This document shows, piece by piece, positions 8,790 to 19,016 of a stretch of DNA of 64,000 nucleotides (the first letter of the stretch is position 1; the number at the start of each line of letters is the position of its first letter). A model generated the notes under the pieces. The model made no database searches and had not been told where the DNA came from. It worked only from the letters and a program-made list of their open reading frames with translations. The position numbers and the translations under genes were made by a program. The stretch is from an uncultured Chromatiales bacterium (GTDB lineage: Bacteria > Pseudomonadota > Gammaproteobacteria > CBFCYW01), in NCBI GenBank assembly GCA_965602395.1, contig CBFCYW010000001.1, forward strand, positions 2,846 through 66,845. Reading direction: 5' to 3'.

Positions 8790-10382
8790 ATGATTCGCAA
8801 GCTCAAGAGGCTGGCTGGCGCGAGTGCGCTGGCGCCGGCCATGCTCGTCGCCTGCCTGGCCACCGGCCTGGCCGCAAGCCCGATGACCGCACAGGCCAAC
8901 ACCCTGCGCATGGCCTACGACGCCGATCCGGTCTCGCTCGACCCGCACGAGCAGCTCTCCGGCGGCACCCTGCAGCTCTCCCACATGGTGTTTGATCCGC
9001 TGGTGCGCTGGACCCAGGAGCTGGGCTTCGAGCCGCGCCTGGCCGAGAGCTGGGAGCGCCTCGACGCCAACACCGTGCGCTTCAAGCTGCGCCAGGGCGT
9101 GAAGTTCCACTCCGGCAACGAAATGACCGCCGATGATGTCATCTGGACCTACCAGCGTCTGCTGGAGAGCCCGGATTTCAAAGGCCTGTTTGCGCCCTTC
9201 AAGGCGATGAACAAGGTCGATGCGCACACCATCGACTGGGTCACCGACGGTCCCTATCCGCTGGTGCTGCACCAGGCGACCTACATCTTCCCCATGGACA
9301 GCGGCTTCTACAGTGGCGATGACGCCAACGGCAATCCCAAATCGGCGCTGAAAAAGCACGGCGACACCTTCGCTTCGAAGAACGCCTCCGGCACCGGGCC
9401 GTTCACCATCACCTCCCGCGAGCAGGGCGTGCGCGTCGAGTTCGCGCGCTTTGCCGACTATTGGGACAGTGCCTCGCCGGGCAATGTCAGCAAGATCGTC
9501 TTCACCCCGATCAAGGAGAACGCCACGCGCGTCGCCGCGCTGCTCTCCGGCGATGTCGATTTCATCGCCCCGGTGCCGCCCACCGATCTGGCGCGCATCG
9601 AACAGAATGAGGGCACCGAGCTTGTGACCATGTCCGGGACGCGCATCATCACCTTCCAGATGAACCAGAATCGTCGCGAGGAATTCAAGAACCCGAAGGT
9701 GCGCCAGGCGATCGTCTACGCGATCAACAACGTCGGTATCGCCAAGAAAATCATGAAGGGCTTCGCCACCCCGGCCGCCCAGCAGGGCCCCAGCGGTTAC
9801 GCCGGTTACAAGGCATCGCTGCAGCCGCGCTATGACCTCGACAAGGCCAAGCAACTGATGGCCGACGCCGGCTACGCCGATGGCTTCAGCATCACCATGA
9901 TGGCGCCCAACAATCGCTACGTGAACGACGCCAAGATCGCCGAGGCAGTGGCCGGCATGCTGGCCAAGATCGGCATCAAGGTCGATCTGAAAACCATGCC
10001 CAAGGCGCAGTACTGGCCCAAGTTTGACGAGCGCGCCGCGGACATGATGATGATCGGCTGGCACTCGGACACCGAGGATTCGGCCAACTTCAGCGAATTC
10101 CTCACCATGTGCCCGGATGCCGACAGCGGCGCCGGCCAGTACAACAGCGGCAACTACTGCAACCCGAAGGTCGACGAGCTGATCGTCGCCAGCCGCACCG
10201 AGACCGATGAGGACAAGCGCGCCGCGATCCTCCAGGAGGTCGAGCAGATCCTGCACGATGACGCCGCCTTCGTGCCGCTGCACTGGCAGAACCTGGCCTG
10301 GGCCGCGCGCTCCGGGGTGGGCATCGCCGATGTGGTCAACGTGATGAACTTCCCCTATCTCGGGGATCTGGTGATCGAATAG
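8790..10382 (+). CDS. ABC transporter substrate-binding protein, family 5 (peptide/nickel, DppA/OppA-like)
   Basis: GGAGG RBS and a signal peptide. The body is typical of family-5 binding proteins (LRMAYDADPVSLDPH, VKFHSGNEMTADDV, GTGPF, WHSDTEDSANF). Confidence 0.85.
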   Translation: MIRKLKRLAGASALAPAMLVACLATGLAASPMTAQANTLRMAYDADPVSLDPHEQLSGGTLQLSHMVFDPLVRWTQELGFEPRLAESWERLDANTVRFKLRQGVKFHSGNEMTADDVIWTYQRLLESPDFKGLFAPFKAMNKVDAHTIDWVTDGPYPLVLHQATYIFPMDSGFYSGDDANGNPKSALKKHGDTFASKNASGTGPFTITSREQGVRVEFARFADYWDSASPGNVSKIVFTPIKENATRVAALLSGDVDFIAPVPPTDLARIEQNEGTELVTMSGTRIITFQMNQNRREEFKNPKVRQAIVYAINNVGIAKKIMKGFATPAAQQGPSGYAGYKASLQPRYDLDKAKQLMADAGYADGFSITMMAPNNRYVNDAKIAEAVAGMLAKIGIKVDLKTMPKAQYWPKFDERAADMMMIGWHSDTEDSANFSEFLTMCPDADSGAGQYNSGNYCNPKVDELIVASRTETDEDKRAAILQEVEQILHDDAAFVPLHWQNLAWAARSGVGIADVVNVMNFPYLGDLVIE

Positions 10383-10443
10383 ACCAGTGGCTCACGGCGG
10401 CGGGCCATCCGGCCCGTCGCCGCACCTCTCAAGCGACCCAAAC

Positions 10444-11421
10444 ATGCTGCGATTTCTCCTGCGCAGGCTGGCTCAGGCAGCGGTGGTGATGCTGGTCATC
10501 AGCCTGCTCAGCTTCTCCATTCAGGACCAGCTCGGCGATCCGCTGCGCGAGCTGGTCGGCCAGCGCGTGTCCGAGGCCGAGCGCGACCTGCTGCGCGAGC
10601 AAATGGGTCTCAACGACCCCTTTCTGGTGCAGTACTGGCGCTTTCTCGGCCGCGCCGTGCAGGGTGATCTGGGCGATTCCTACTTCTTCAAGCGGCCGGC
10701 GCTGGAGGTGATCCTCGACAAGTTCCCGGCGACTTTCGAGCTGGTGCTGGGCGCCAGCGTGATCATCCTGTTCTTTTCCGTGCCGATCGGCGTCTACTGC
10801 GCGATCCGCCCGCGGACGTTGTTTTCGCGGCTGATGATGGGCGCGAGCATCGTCGGCATCTCGATACCGGTATTTCTCACCGCGATCATGCTGATCTACG
10901 TGTTCTCCATCCAGCTCGGCTGGATGCCGTCCTTCGGTCGCGGAGAGACGGTCGATGTGGGCGGTTGGCAGACCGGCCTGCTGACCGCCGATGGCCTCTG
11001 GCACCTGGTGCTGCCGAGCATTTCGCTGGCTTCGATCATGCTGCCGCTGTTCATCCGCCTGATCCGCGCCGAGATGCTGGAGGTGCTGCACACCGAGTAC
11101 ATCCGCTTCGCCACCGCCAAGGGCCTGTCGCGCTACAGAATCTGGTTTCTGCACGCGCTGAAGAACACGCTGCTGCCGGTGATTACCGTCGGCGGGGTGC
11201 AGATCGGCACCATGATCGCCTACACCATTCTCACCGAGACGGTGTTTCAGTGGCCGGGCATGGGCTTCATGTTTCTGGAGGCGGTGAATCGCGTCGACAC
11301 GCCGCTGATCATCGCCTACCTGATCGTGGTCGGGCTGATCTTTGTCATCACCAACACCCTGGTCGATCTGATCTACGGGCTGGTCAACCCGACCGTGCAG
11401 CTGGCCGGGCGGCAGGAGTAG
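10444..11421 (+). CDS. ABC transporter permease (DppB-like)
   Basis: N-terminus MLRFLLRRL....MLVISLLSF and the EAA-loop region EYIRFATAKGLS. Confidence 0.85.
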   Translation: MLRFLLRRLAQAAVVMLVISLLSFSIQDQLGDPLRELVGQRVSEAERDLLREQMGLNDPFLVQYWRFLGRAVQGDLGDSYFFKRPALEVILDKFPATFELVLGASVIILFFSVPIGVYCAIRPRTLFSRLMMGASIVGISIPVFLTAIMLIYVFSIQLGWMPSFGRGETVDVGGWQTGLLTADGLWHLVLPSISLASIMLPLFIRLIRAEMLEVLHTEYIRFATAKGLSRYRIWFLHALKNTLLPVITVGGVQIGTMIAYTILTETVFQWPGMGFMFLEAVNRVDTPLIIAYLIVVGLIFVITNTLVDLIYGLVNPTVQLAGRQE

Positions 11422-11425
11422 CGGC

Positions 11426-12346
<921 letters not shown>

Positions 12347-12407
12347 TTTTCCCCGCACTTGCTGCGACACTGCGCCAGCGGCCGCCGGTCGCGCCGATGG
12401 AGTCGGG

Positions 12408-13154
12408 ATGAAAGTCATCGCCAGTTACAGCATCAAGGGCGGGGTGGGCAAGACCGCCGCGGCGGTCAATCTGGCCGCCGAGGCCGCGGCGCGCGGCCGC
12501 CGCGTGCTGCTGTGGGATCTCGACCCGCAGGGCGCGGCCAGCTTCCACCTCGCCGAGGACGCCGAGCTCAAGGGCGGCGCCGAGGCGCTGCTGGCCGAGC
12601 GCAAGCGGCTCGCCACGCGGGTGCGCGGCACACACTGGCCGCGCCTGAAGCTGATCCCGGCCGACTTCAGTCACCGCCAACTGGACGCTTTGCTGGGCGA
12701 TAACAAACGCCCCGAGCGGCGCATCAGCCGGCTGCTCAAGCCGCTGCGCGACAGCTACGATCTGGTGCTGCTCGACTGCGCGCCGAGCATCTCGCTGACC
12801 GCTGAGAGTATCTTCCACGCCGCCGATGCGCTGCTGGTTCCGGTGATCCCCAGCACGTTGTCGCTGCGCACCCTGCAGCAGCTGGCCGGTTTTATCGACG
12901 ATATGCCAGCAGAAGCGCCGCGCCTGCTGGCGTTTTTCTCGATGCTCGACCGGCGCCGCCGAATGCATCAGTTCACCCTTGAGCATCCGCCGCGCAAGCT
13001 GGCGGAATTCCTCGATACGGCGATTCCCAATGCGGCCCAGGTCGAACGCATGAGCGGCCGCGCCGCACCGCTGCGCGACTTTGCTCCGCGCTGTCCTGCC
13101 GCACAGGCCTATGCGGCCCTGTGGCGCGAGCTGGCGCGGCGGCTCGATCTGTAG
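12408..13154 (+). CDS. ParA/Soj-family ATPase (orphan)
   Basis: Deviant Walker A KGGVGKT at residues 10-16 and LLWDLDPQGAAS. A GGAG RBS lies upstream. No parB-like gene is adjacent. Confidence 0.8.
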   Translation: MKVIASYSIKGGVGKTAAAVNLAAEAAARGRRVLLWDLDPQGAASFHLAEDAELKGGAEALLAERKRLATRVRGTHWPRLKLIPADFSHRQLDALLGDNKRPERRISRLLKPLRDSYDLVLLDCAPSISLTAESIFHAADALLVPVIPSTLSLRTLQQLAGFIDDMPAEAPRLLAFFSMLDRRRRMHQFTLEHPPRKLAEFLDTAIPNAAQVERMSGRAAPLRDFAPRCPAAQAYAALWRELARRLDL

Positions 13155-13196
13155 CCGCTGCGCGCTGCCGCCTGCCCGTGGGCCGGACGCTGTCTA

Positions 13197-13226
13197 TTGC
13201 CACGGGCGCTGTTGCCACGGGCGCTG
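13197..13226. repeat. perfect 2 x 15-bp tandem direct repeat TTGCCACGGGCGCTG
   Basis: Read directly from the intergenic region between the ParA-like and deacetylase genes. Confidence 0.9.
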
Positions 13227-13355
13227 TGAGCGGCATCACTGAAGTCGCCCCGGCGCCATCTAGAATGCACGGCCACTGCCGCCACAGCGCGCAGATCCCC
13301 CCATCCAGACAAGGCCGGACGGGCGCCGCGGCGCTCCGCCGCAAGGTGCAAAGGC

Positions 13356-13994
13356 ATGCTGAAATCGCAACTGAAGGCCGCCATCGGCCGTTTGATGCCC
13401 GGCGTCGTGCTGGTCAAGGGCCGCCCGGCGGACAAGCCGCGGGTGTCGCTGACCTTTGACGACGGCCCGCACCCGGAGCACAGCCCGCGACTGCTCGACA
13501 TCTTTGCCCGCGAGGGCATCAAGGTCAGCTTTTTCGTCGTCGGCGCCGACGTCGAGCGCCACCCCGAGCTGGTGCGGCGCATGCTCGCCGAGGGCCACGA
13601 GGTGGCCAACCACAGCTACGACCACTACAAGGTGCGCAAGATGGATGACGCCGCCTATCTGGCCGATCTGCTGCGCTGCCAGCAGGTGCTCGATGAGGTC
13701 ACCGGCCAGCAGATGCCACTGGTAGTGCGCCCGCCCTACGGCATCATGCGCGCGCGCACCACACTGGCGCTGGCGCGCCGCGGCTATCGCCACATTCTCT
13801 GGTCGCAGGACAGCGACGACAGCGCCTTCGACGGCGATGGCAGCTTTGCCGCCCACGTCGCCGCCAAACCCATCGTCGATGGCGACATCCTGCTATTGCA
13901 CGAGGACTACGCGCACACCGTCGAGGAGATGCCGCAGATCATCGCCGGCCTGCGCGAGCGCGGCTTCGACATGGTGCGCAGCTGCGATCTGTAG
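13356..13994 (+). CDS. polysaccharide deacetylase (NodB homology domain) family protein
   Basis: Motifs LTFDDGPHPEHSPRLLDIF...VSFFVVG...GHEVANHSYDH. Confidence 0.8.
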   Translation: MLKSQLKAAIGRLMPGVVLVKGRPADKPRVSLTFDDGPHPEHSPRLLDIFAREGIKVSFFVVGADVERHPELVRRMLAEGHEVANHSYDHYKVRKMDDAAYLADLLRCQQVLDEVTGQQMPLVVRPPYGIMRARTTLALARRGYRHILWSQDSDDSAFDGDGSFAAHVAAKPIVDGDILLLHEDYAHTVEEMPQIIAGLRERGFDMVRSCDL

Positions 13995-14033
13995 CGGCGC
14001 AGCAGCGCTCCACAGCCCGCTTTGGGGCGTCGA

Positions 14034-14777
14034 TCAGGGCTTGCGGCTGAGGCGCATGAACAGCGGCCAGCGCACGCGCCGCGGCGTGGCATCCGCCCAG
14101 TGTTCGGCGATTTCAGCATCCAGCGCCGGTAGCGGATCGGTGTGGCCGGCGCCGATGTAGCGCTGCGTAGCCGACCAGGTGCCGAGGTACGCAAGTAGTT
14201 GCTCGCGGGTCCATTCGGCGCTCATTTCGAAGTCTGTCACCGGCAGCTCGTCGAAGGGCAGGGGCAGATTGCGATAGCCGGTTTCCACGTGGTAGCGCTC
14301 GGTTGGCCAGTAGGCGCCGACCACCTCGCCGTAGTAGCGCAGCAGGATCGGATCGACATCGCTGCCGGCGCGCTGGTTGGCGTAGCCCCACACCGCCAGC
14401 AGGCCGCCGCTTTGCAGCACCCGATCGGCCTCCACCGCAAAGGCCGCGTGATTCAGCCAGTGGTAGGCCTGGGCGACGCTGACCAGCTGCACGCTGTTCG
14501 CCGCCAGGCCGCTGTCCTCGGCGCTGGCGACGTGGTAGTCGATGCGCGGATGGGGTATGGCGTTGGCGATCTGCGCCGCGCTGGCATCGCTGGCCAGCAC
14601 GCGCTCGAAGTGTTCGACCAGTGCCAGGGCAGCCTGGCCGCTGCCGGTGGCGCAGTCCCAGGCCTGTTCGCGGTGCGGCGCCAGCGATGCCAGCCAGTCA
14701 AACAGCTCTGCCGGGTAATGCGGGCGGTGTTCGCTGTAGGCTGAAGCCTGGCTGGAGAAGTAATCCTTAAAGTTCAC
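14034..14777 (-). CDS. class I SAM-dependent methyltransferase
   Basis: Motif I region AWDCATGSGQAAL, then VLASDAS, then LLAVWGY. Confidence 0.75.
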   Translation of the reverse strand: MNFKDYFSSQASAYSEHRPHYPAELFDWLASLAPHREQAWDCATGSGQAALALVEHFERVLASDASAAQIANAIPHPRIDYHVASAEDSGLAANSVQLVSVAQAYHWLNHAAFAVEADRVLQSGGLLAVWGYANQRAGSDVDPILLRYYGEVVGAYWPTERYHVETGYRNLPLPFDELPVTDFEMSAEWTREQLLAYLGTWSATQRYIGAGHTDPLPALDAEIAEHWADATPRRVRWPLFMRLSRKP

Positions 14778-14808
14778 GGCGCGTTATTCCCTCGCTTTGG
14801 TGGGGTGT

Positions 14809-15888
14809 TCAGCTTTGCGTCGGTCGACGCGCGGCGAGTGGCGTCGCCAGCTTGGCTGCTAGTTCTCGCAGCAGCGACTCGGTGGTTTCCCAGTCGATGC
14901 AGGCATCGGTGATCGATACCCCGTATTGCAGATCGCCGAGATCCGCCGGCACTTTTTGATTGCCGGCGTGCAGGTGGCTCTCCAGCATGATGCCGACGAT
15001 CGAGTGGTTGCCCTCGTCGATCTGGTTGGCCACATCGCGCGCCACCAGCGGCTGGCGCTCGTGGTTCTTGTGGCTGTTGGCGTGGCTGCAGTCGACGATC
15101 AGATTCTGCGGCAGGCCGGCCTTTTCCAGCGCCGCCTCGGCCTCGGCGACGCTCACCGAGTCGAAGTTCGGCTGCTTGCCGCCGCGCAGGATGACGTGAC
15201 CGTAGCGATTGCCGCGGGTTTCGATCACCGCCACCTGACCCGCGCCATTGATACCCAGAAAACAGTGCGACGAGGCCGCCGACTGCATGGCGTTGATCGC
15301 CACCCCGAGGCCGCCGTCGGTACCGTTCTTGAAGCCCACCGGGGTGGACAGGCCGGAGGACATCTCGCGATGGGTCTGCGATTCGGTGGTGCGCGCGCCG
15401 ATCGCCGCCCAGCAGAACAGGTCGGCGAGGTATTGCGGGCTGATCGGGTCGAGCGCTTCGGTGCCGGTGGGGATGCCCTGTTCGGCCAGCCACAGCAGCA
15501 GCTCGCGGGCCTTCTCCAGCCCTTCCTCGATGCGGAAGCTGTCGTCCATCCGCGGGTCGTTGATCAAACCCTTCCAGCCGACTGTGGTGCGCGGTTTTTC
15601 GAAATACACGCGCATCACGATGTACAGCGAGTCGCCCAACTCCTCGCGCAGCGCCTTGAGCCGCGTGGCGTATTCCCTGGCGGCCGCCACGTCGTGGATC
15701 GAGCAGGGTCCGGTGACCACCAGCAGGCGGTGGTCGCGACGGTCGAGAATGGCCTCGATATCGCGCCGCGCCGCGGCGACCGTGGCGCTGGCGGCGGCAC
15801 TGGCCGGCAGCTTCTGGTGCAACGCGGTGGGCGAGACGAGGACGCGTATATTGGCGATGTTGACGTTTTCGAGGGATTGCTGGCTCAT
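14809..15888 (-). CDS. 3-deoxy-7-phosphoheptulonate (DAHP) synthase, class I
   Basis: Motifs LLVVTGPCSIHD, YFEKPRTTVGWKGLINDP, DCSHANS. The start at 15888 is MSQQSLENV. The feedback specificity (F/G/H) cannot be read from the sequence. Confidence 0.9.
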   Translation of the reverse strand: MSQQSLENVNIANIRVLVSPTALHQKLPASAAASATVAAARRDIEAILDRRDHRLLVVTGPCSIHDVAAAREYATRLKALREELGDSLYIVMRVYFEKPRTTVGWKGLINDPRMDDSFRIEEGLEKARELLLWLAEQGIPTGTEALDPISPQYLADLFCWAAIGARTTESQTHREMSSGLSTPVGFKNGTDGGLGVAINAMQSAASSHCFLGINGAGQVAVIETRGNRYGHVILRGGKQPNFDSVSVAEAEAALEKAGLPQNLIVDCSHANSHKNHERQPLVARDVANQIDEGNHSIVGIMLESHLHAGNQKVPADLGDLQYGVSITDACIDWETTESLLRELAAKLATPLAARRPTQS

Positions 15889-16055
15889 GGGGTCTGTCTG
15901 TCGTGCTGCTGCGAAGCGGCTGATTGTGCGGCGCACCATTGTAGCGCAAGTGCGGGCGGATTCGCGCGCTCAGCGTGGCCGGGCGAATCGGCGTGTCGAA
16001 TGCGTGGTGGCTGGGGATGGCGTCGGCCCGATGCCGGGCTGGCGGCTGAGCCGTT

Positions 16056-19016
16056 TCAGTGCTGGCCGGCCAGATAGTTGCGGAAGTCGTCGAAAGGCAG
16101 CGCCCGTGAGTAGAAGTAGCCCTGTACCTCATCGCAGCCGATAGTGCGCAGGAAATCCACCTGTTCGCCACTTTCCGCACCCTCGGCGACGGTGGTGAAG
16201 CCAAGATCGCGAGCCAGATGCACGATCGCGCGAGTCACGTCGCCGCTCTTGCGATAGCGCAGCTGGCTGACGAAACTCTGGTCGATTTTGATCGCATCCA
16301 CCGGCAGGTTGATCAGATAGCTGAGGGCCGAGTAGCCGGTGCCGAAATCGTCCAGCGAAACCGTCACGCCTCGCCCCCGCAGGCTCGCGATCACCTGGCT
16401 GGCGCGATTGAAATCTTGCAGCAGCATGCTTTCGGTGATCTCAAACTCGACCCAGCCGGCGGGTGCGCCGCAATCCCGCAGCGCCGAATCCAGCTCGGCC
16501 TCCAGTCCGTCCTGCATGAACTGCTGCGCCGAGAGATTGATCGACAGGCGCAGTGGTGCCCGGTGTTCATCGCAGAGGCGGCGGATGTCATTCATCACGC
16601 AGCGCATCACCCAGCGGCTGATCTGCGCCATCAGCCCCAGTTCCTCGGCGGCGGGCAGGAAGCTCGCGGGCATACACAGCCCTTCCTGCGGATGTTGCCA
16701 GCGCAACAGGGCTTCGGCACCCGTGGTGCGCCCACTGGTCAGGCTGATCCGCGGTTGGTAGTGAATCTCCAGTTCACCGTACTCCAGCGCCTGGTGCAGG
16801 TCGTGCTCGCGTTCGAGCCGGCGCTCGATATCCAGGCCGCAGGGGGCGTAAAAACGGTAGTGGCTGCCGCTGTAGCGCTTGGCCTGATGCATCGCCAGGT
16901 TTGCGCAGCGGATAAGCTCATCGGCCTGCTCGCCGTGCTGTGGGTAGAGACTGACACCGATGCTGCACTGGCAATGAATATTCTGCCCGGCCAGTGCCAG
17001 CGGTCGTTGCAGATCGTGCAGGAAGCGCCGCAGCGCTGCGCTCAGCTTACTGCGCGTGACCCGACAGAGAATCAGGAATTCGTCGCTGCCGAAGCGCGCC
17101 AGGCGATAGCCGTCGCCGAAGTTGGCGCGCAGCAGAGCAGATAGCTGTACGAGCAGCTCATCGCCGGCGGATTGCCCGAGTACATCATTGATTCTTTTGA
17201 AATTATCGAAATCGATAAAGGCCACCGCCAGCGGCGTCGGCTGGCCGCCATCGCGCCGTGCGCGGATAGCGCGTTCGATCAGCTGCTGCATGTGCGTGCG
17301 GTTGGGCAGGCCGGTGAGCGCGTCGTGGCGTGCCTGGTGGGTCAGCTTGCGCTGCAGGCGATAGAGTGAGGTGACGTCATCCATCGCCAGCACCGTGGCT
17401 TGCCGGCCGGGCACCGGGCTGGCGGACACCTTGAGCACCCGGCGCAGCCCGGAGGCGCCATTGTACAGATACACCTTCGGCCGCCCGCTGCTCTGGGTGT
17501 GCTGATCGTTGCTCGGTTGCAGCAGGTCGCTGGAGTCCTCGGGCAGCCCGCTGAGCAGGCCAATCGGCAGCGTGCCGGGCGAATCGGTTGGCGCGGCCTT
17601 TTCCCTGGCCTTTTTCCTGGCCTTCTCCGTGGTCTTGTCCGGAGCCTGGCGGGCGTCGCCCGGCGGCGAGGCGTACAGCGATTCCGCACGCCAGCCGAGC
17701 GGCCCGCGCAGGCCCAGCTCGCTGATGGTGTTGCCGCGCAGCTGGCGCGGACTCCTGTCGAGCAGTTCGGCGGCGCGGCGGTTGGCGAAGCCGATACGGC
17801 CGCTGGCATCGATCAGCAACACGCCATCGGCCACCGCGTCCAGCACCGCTGAGCTCTCGCCACGCAGTCGCGACAGCGCACCGGCGATATGCCCGGCGCG
17901 GTACAGCCGAATCGCCAGCCAGGTCAGCGTCAGCAGCAGCAAGGCGTCCATGCTCGGCAGGTAGTGGCCGTGGCGCAGCGCGACCTGCTGTACCAGTAGC
18001 GTGGTCAGTCCCAGCGCCAGCGCCGCTCGACCGCTGCCACGACACAGGAAAGACATCGGCTGCAGGGCCAGTGCACAGACCAGCAGCGCGGCCAGCATGT
18101 GCCGCTGCCAACCGGGGACGTGGTGGAGGATCCTGTCGTCGAGCAGCGCGGCCGTAGCCACCGCGTTGAACAACAGCGCAGGCTGGCTGGGGCCGCGGCC
18201 GCTGGCGTCGAGCGGGTAGTGCGGCGCCAGCCCCTGGCTGCTGACGCCGACCAGCACGTGCTTGCCGGCGAAGGTCTGTGCCGGCACCTCGCCGTTGATC
18301 ACGTCGGCGAAGCTGAAGCGCGGCGGCAGGTGCCGCGAGGTATCGCCGGGCAGAAGCCAGCCGTGGTTGTCGGTGAGCAGATGCGTCTCAAGCCGGTTCC
18401 CGTGCTGTGCCAGCGCCAGCGGAAAGGCGGGCAGCCAGCCACCGGGCAGGGCCAGAAAGGGTTGCAGTTCGCGCAGCGTGCCGCTTCCGTCGATGCCCGC
18501 CGAGGCGTGGCCGAGGGCCGCGCTGGCATTTTTCAGCTTGTCCAGCGGATAGCTCAGCCAGAAACCGTCACTCGGCTGTGTGCCCGCGCCGCCGATCGAG
18601 GCGGATGAGGTCGCTGCGCTGGCCACCGCCACCGGTAGCACAACCCGCCGGCTGCGCCGCATCGCCGCGGCGAGTGCATCGTCGTCGCTGTCACCGAAGC
18701 GGCTCGGCTCGGCAAAGATGATGTCGAGCCCGATAGCAGTCGCGCCGGCGGCGTCCAGCCAGTCGATCAGCACCGCGTGGTTGTGCCTCGGCCAGGGCCA
18801 CTGGCCGAATTCGGCGAGACTGGCCTCATCGATTTCGATCACGGCTACGTGGCTTGCGGGTGGCGTCGCGAGCAGTTGTTCCTGCAGCTCCAGCAGCCAG
18901 CCGTCGAGCCCGGACAGCGCGCGGCTGGAGCGCAGCGCCAGATAGCACAGCAGCAGAACCACGATCAGCGCCAGCCGAGGGGTCAGCGTCCATTGCAGGG
19001 GAAGGAGGCGCGGCAT
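16056..19016 (-). CDS. CHASE2 sensor - TM - PAS - GGDEF(degenerate GSDEF) - EAL signalling protein
   Basis: N-terminal CHASE2 (VAVIEIDEASL..GQWPWPR..GLDIIFAEPS). GGDEF domain with RFGSDEFLIL. EAL domain with EALLRW, EFEITES, DDFGTGYS, KIDQSF, QGYFYS. Its start overlaps the upstream gene's stop (ATGA). Confidence 0.85.
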   Translation of the reverse strand: MPRLLPLQWTLTPRLALIVVLLLCYLALRSSRALSGLDGWLLELQEQLLATPPASHVAVIEIDEASLAEFGQWPWPRHNHAVLIDWLDAAGATAIGLDIIFAEPSRFGDSDDDALAAAMRRSRRVVLPVAVASAATSSASIGGAGTQPSDGFWLSYPLDKLKNASAALGHASAGIDGSGTLRELQPFLALPGGWLPAFPLALAQHGNRLETHLLTDNHGWLLPGDTSRHLPPRFSFADVINGEVPAQTFAGKHVLVGVSSQGLAPHYPLDASGRGPSQPALLFNAVATAALLDDRILHHVPGWQRHMLAALLVCALALQPMSFLCRGSGRAALALGLTTLLVQQVALRHGHYLPSMDALLLLTLTWLAIRLYRAGHIAGALSRLRGESSAVLDAVADGVLLIDASGRIGFANRRAAELLDRSPRQLRGNTISELGLRGPLGWRAESLYASPPGDARQAPDKTTEKARKKAREKAAPTDSPGTLPIGLLSGLPEDSSDLLQPSNDQHTQSSGRPKVYLYNGASGLRRVLKVSASPVPGRQATVLAMDDVTSLYRLQRKLTHQARHDALTGLPNRTHMQQLIERAIRARRDGGQPTPLAVAFIDFDNFKRINDVLGQSAGDELLVQLSALLRANFGDGYRLARFGSDEFLILCRVTRSKLSAALRRFLHDLQRPLALAGQNIHCQCSIGVSLYPQHGEQADELIRCANLAMHQAKRYSGSHYRFYAPCGLDIERRLEREHDLHQALEYGELEIHYQPRISLTSGRTTGAEALLRWQHPQEGLCMPASFLPAAEELGLMAQISRWVMRCVMNDIRRLCDEHRAPLRLSINLSAQQFMQDGLEAELDSALRDCGAPAGWVEFEITESMLLQDFNRASQVIASLRGRGVTVSLDDFGTGYSALSYLINLPVDAIKIDQSFVSQLRYRKSGDVTRAIVHLARDLGFTTVAEGAESGEQVDFLRTIGCDEVQGYFYSRALPFDDFRNYLAGQH

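Noticed and set aside
8709-10283. 524-aa minus-strand ORF
   Set aside because: It is antisense to the family-5 substrate-binding protein gene.
14774-16204. 476-aa minus-strand ORF overlapping the DAHP synthase gene
   Set aside because: It is a different frame of the same strand as a clear AroF/G/H-type gene, with a low-complexity Arg/Pro-rich product.
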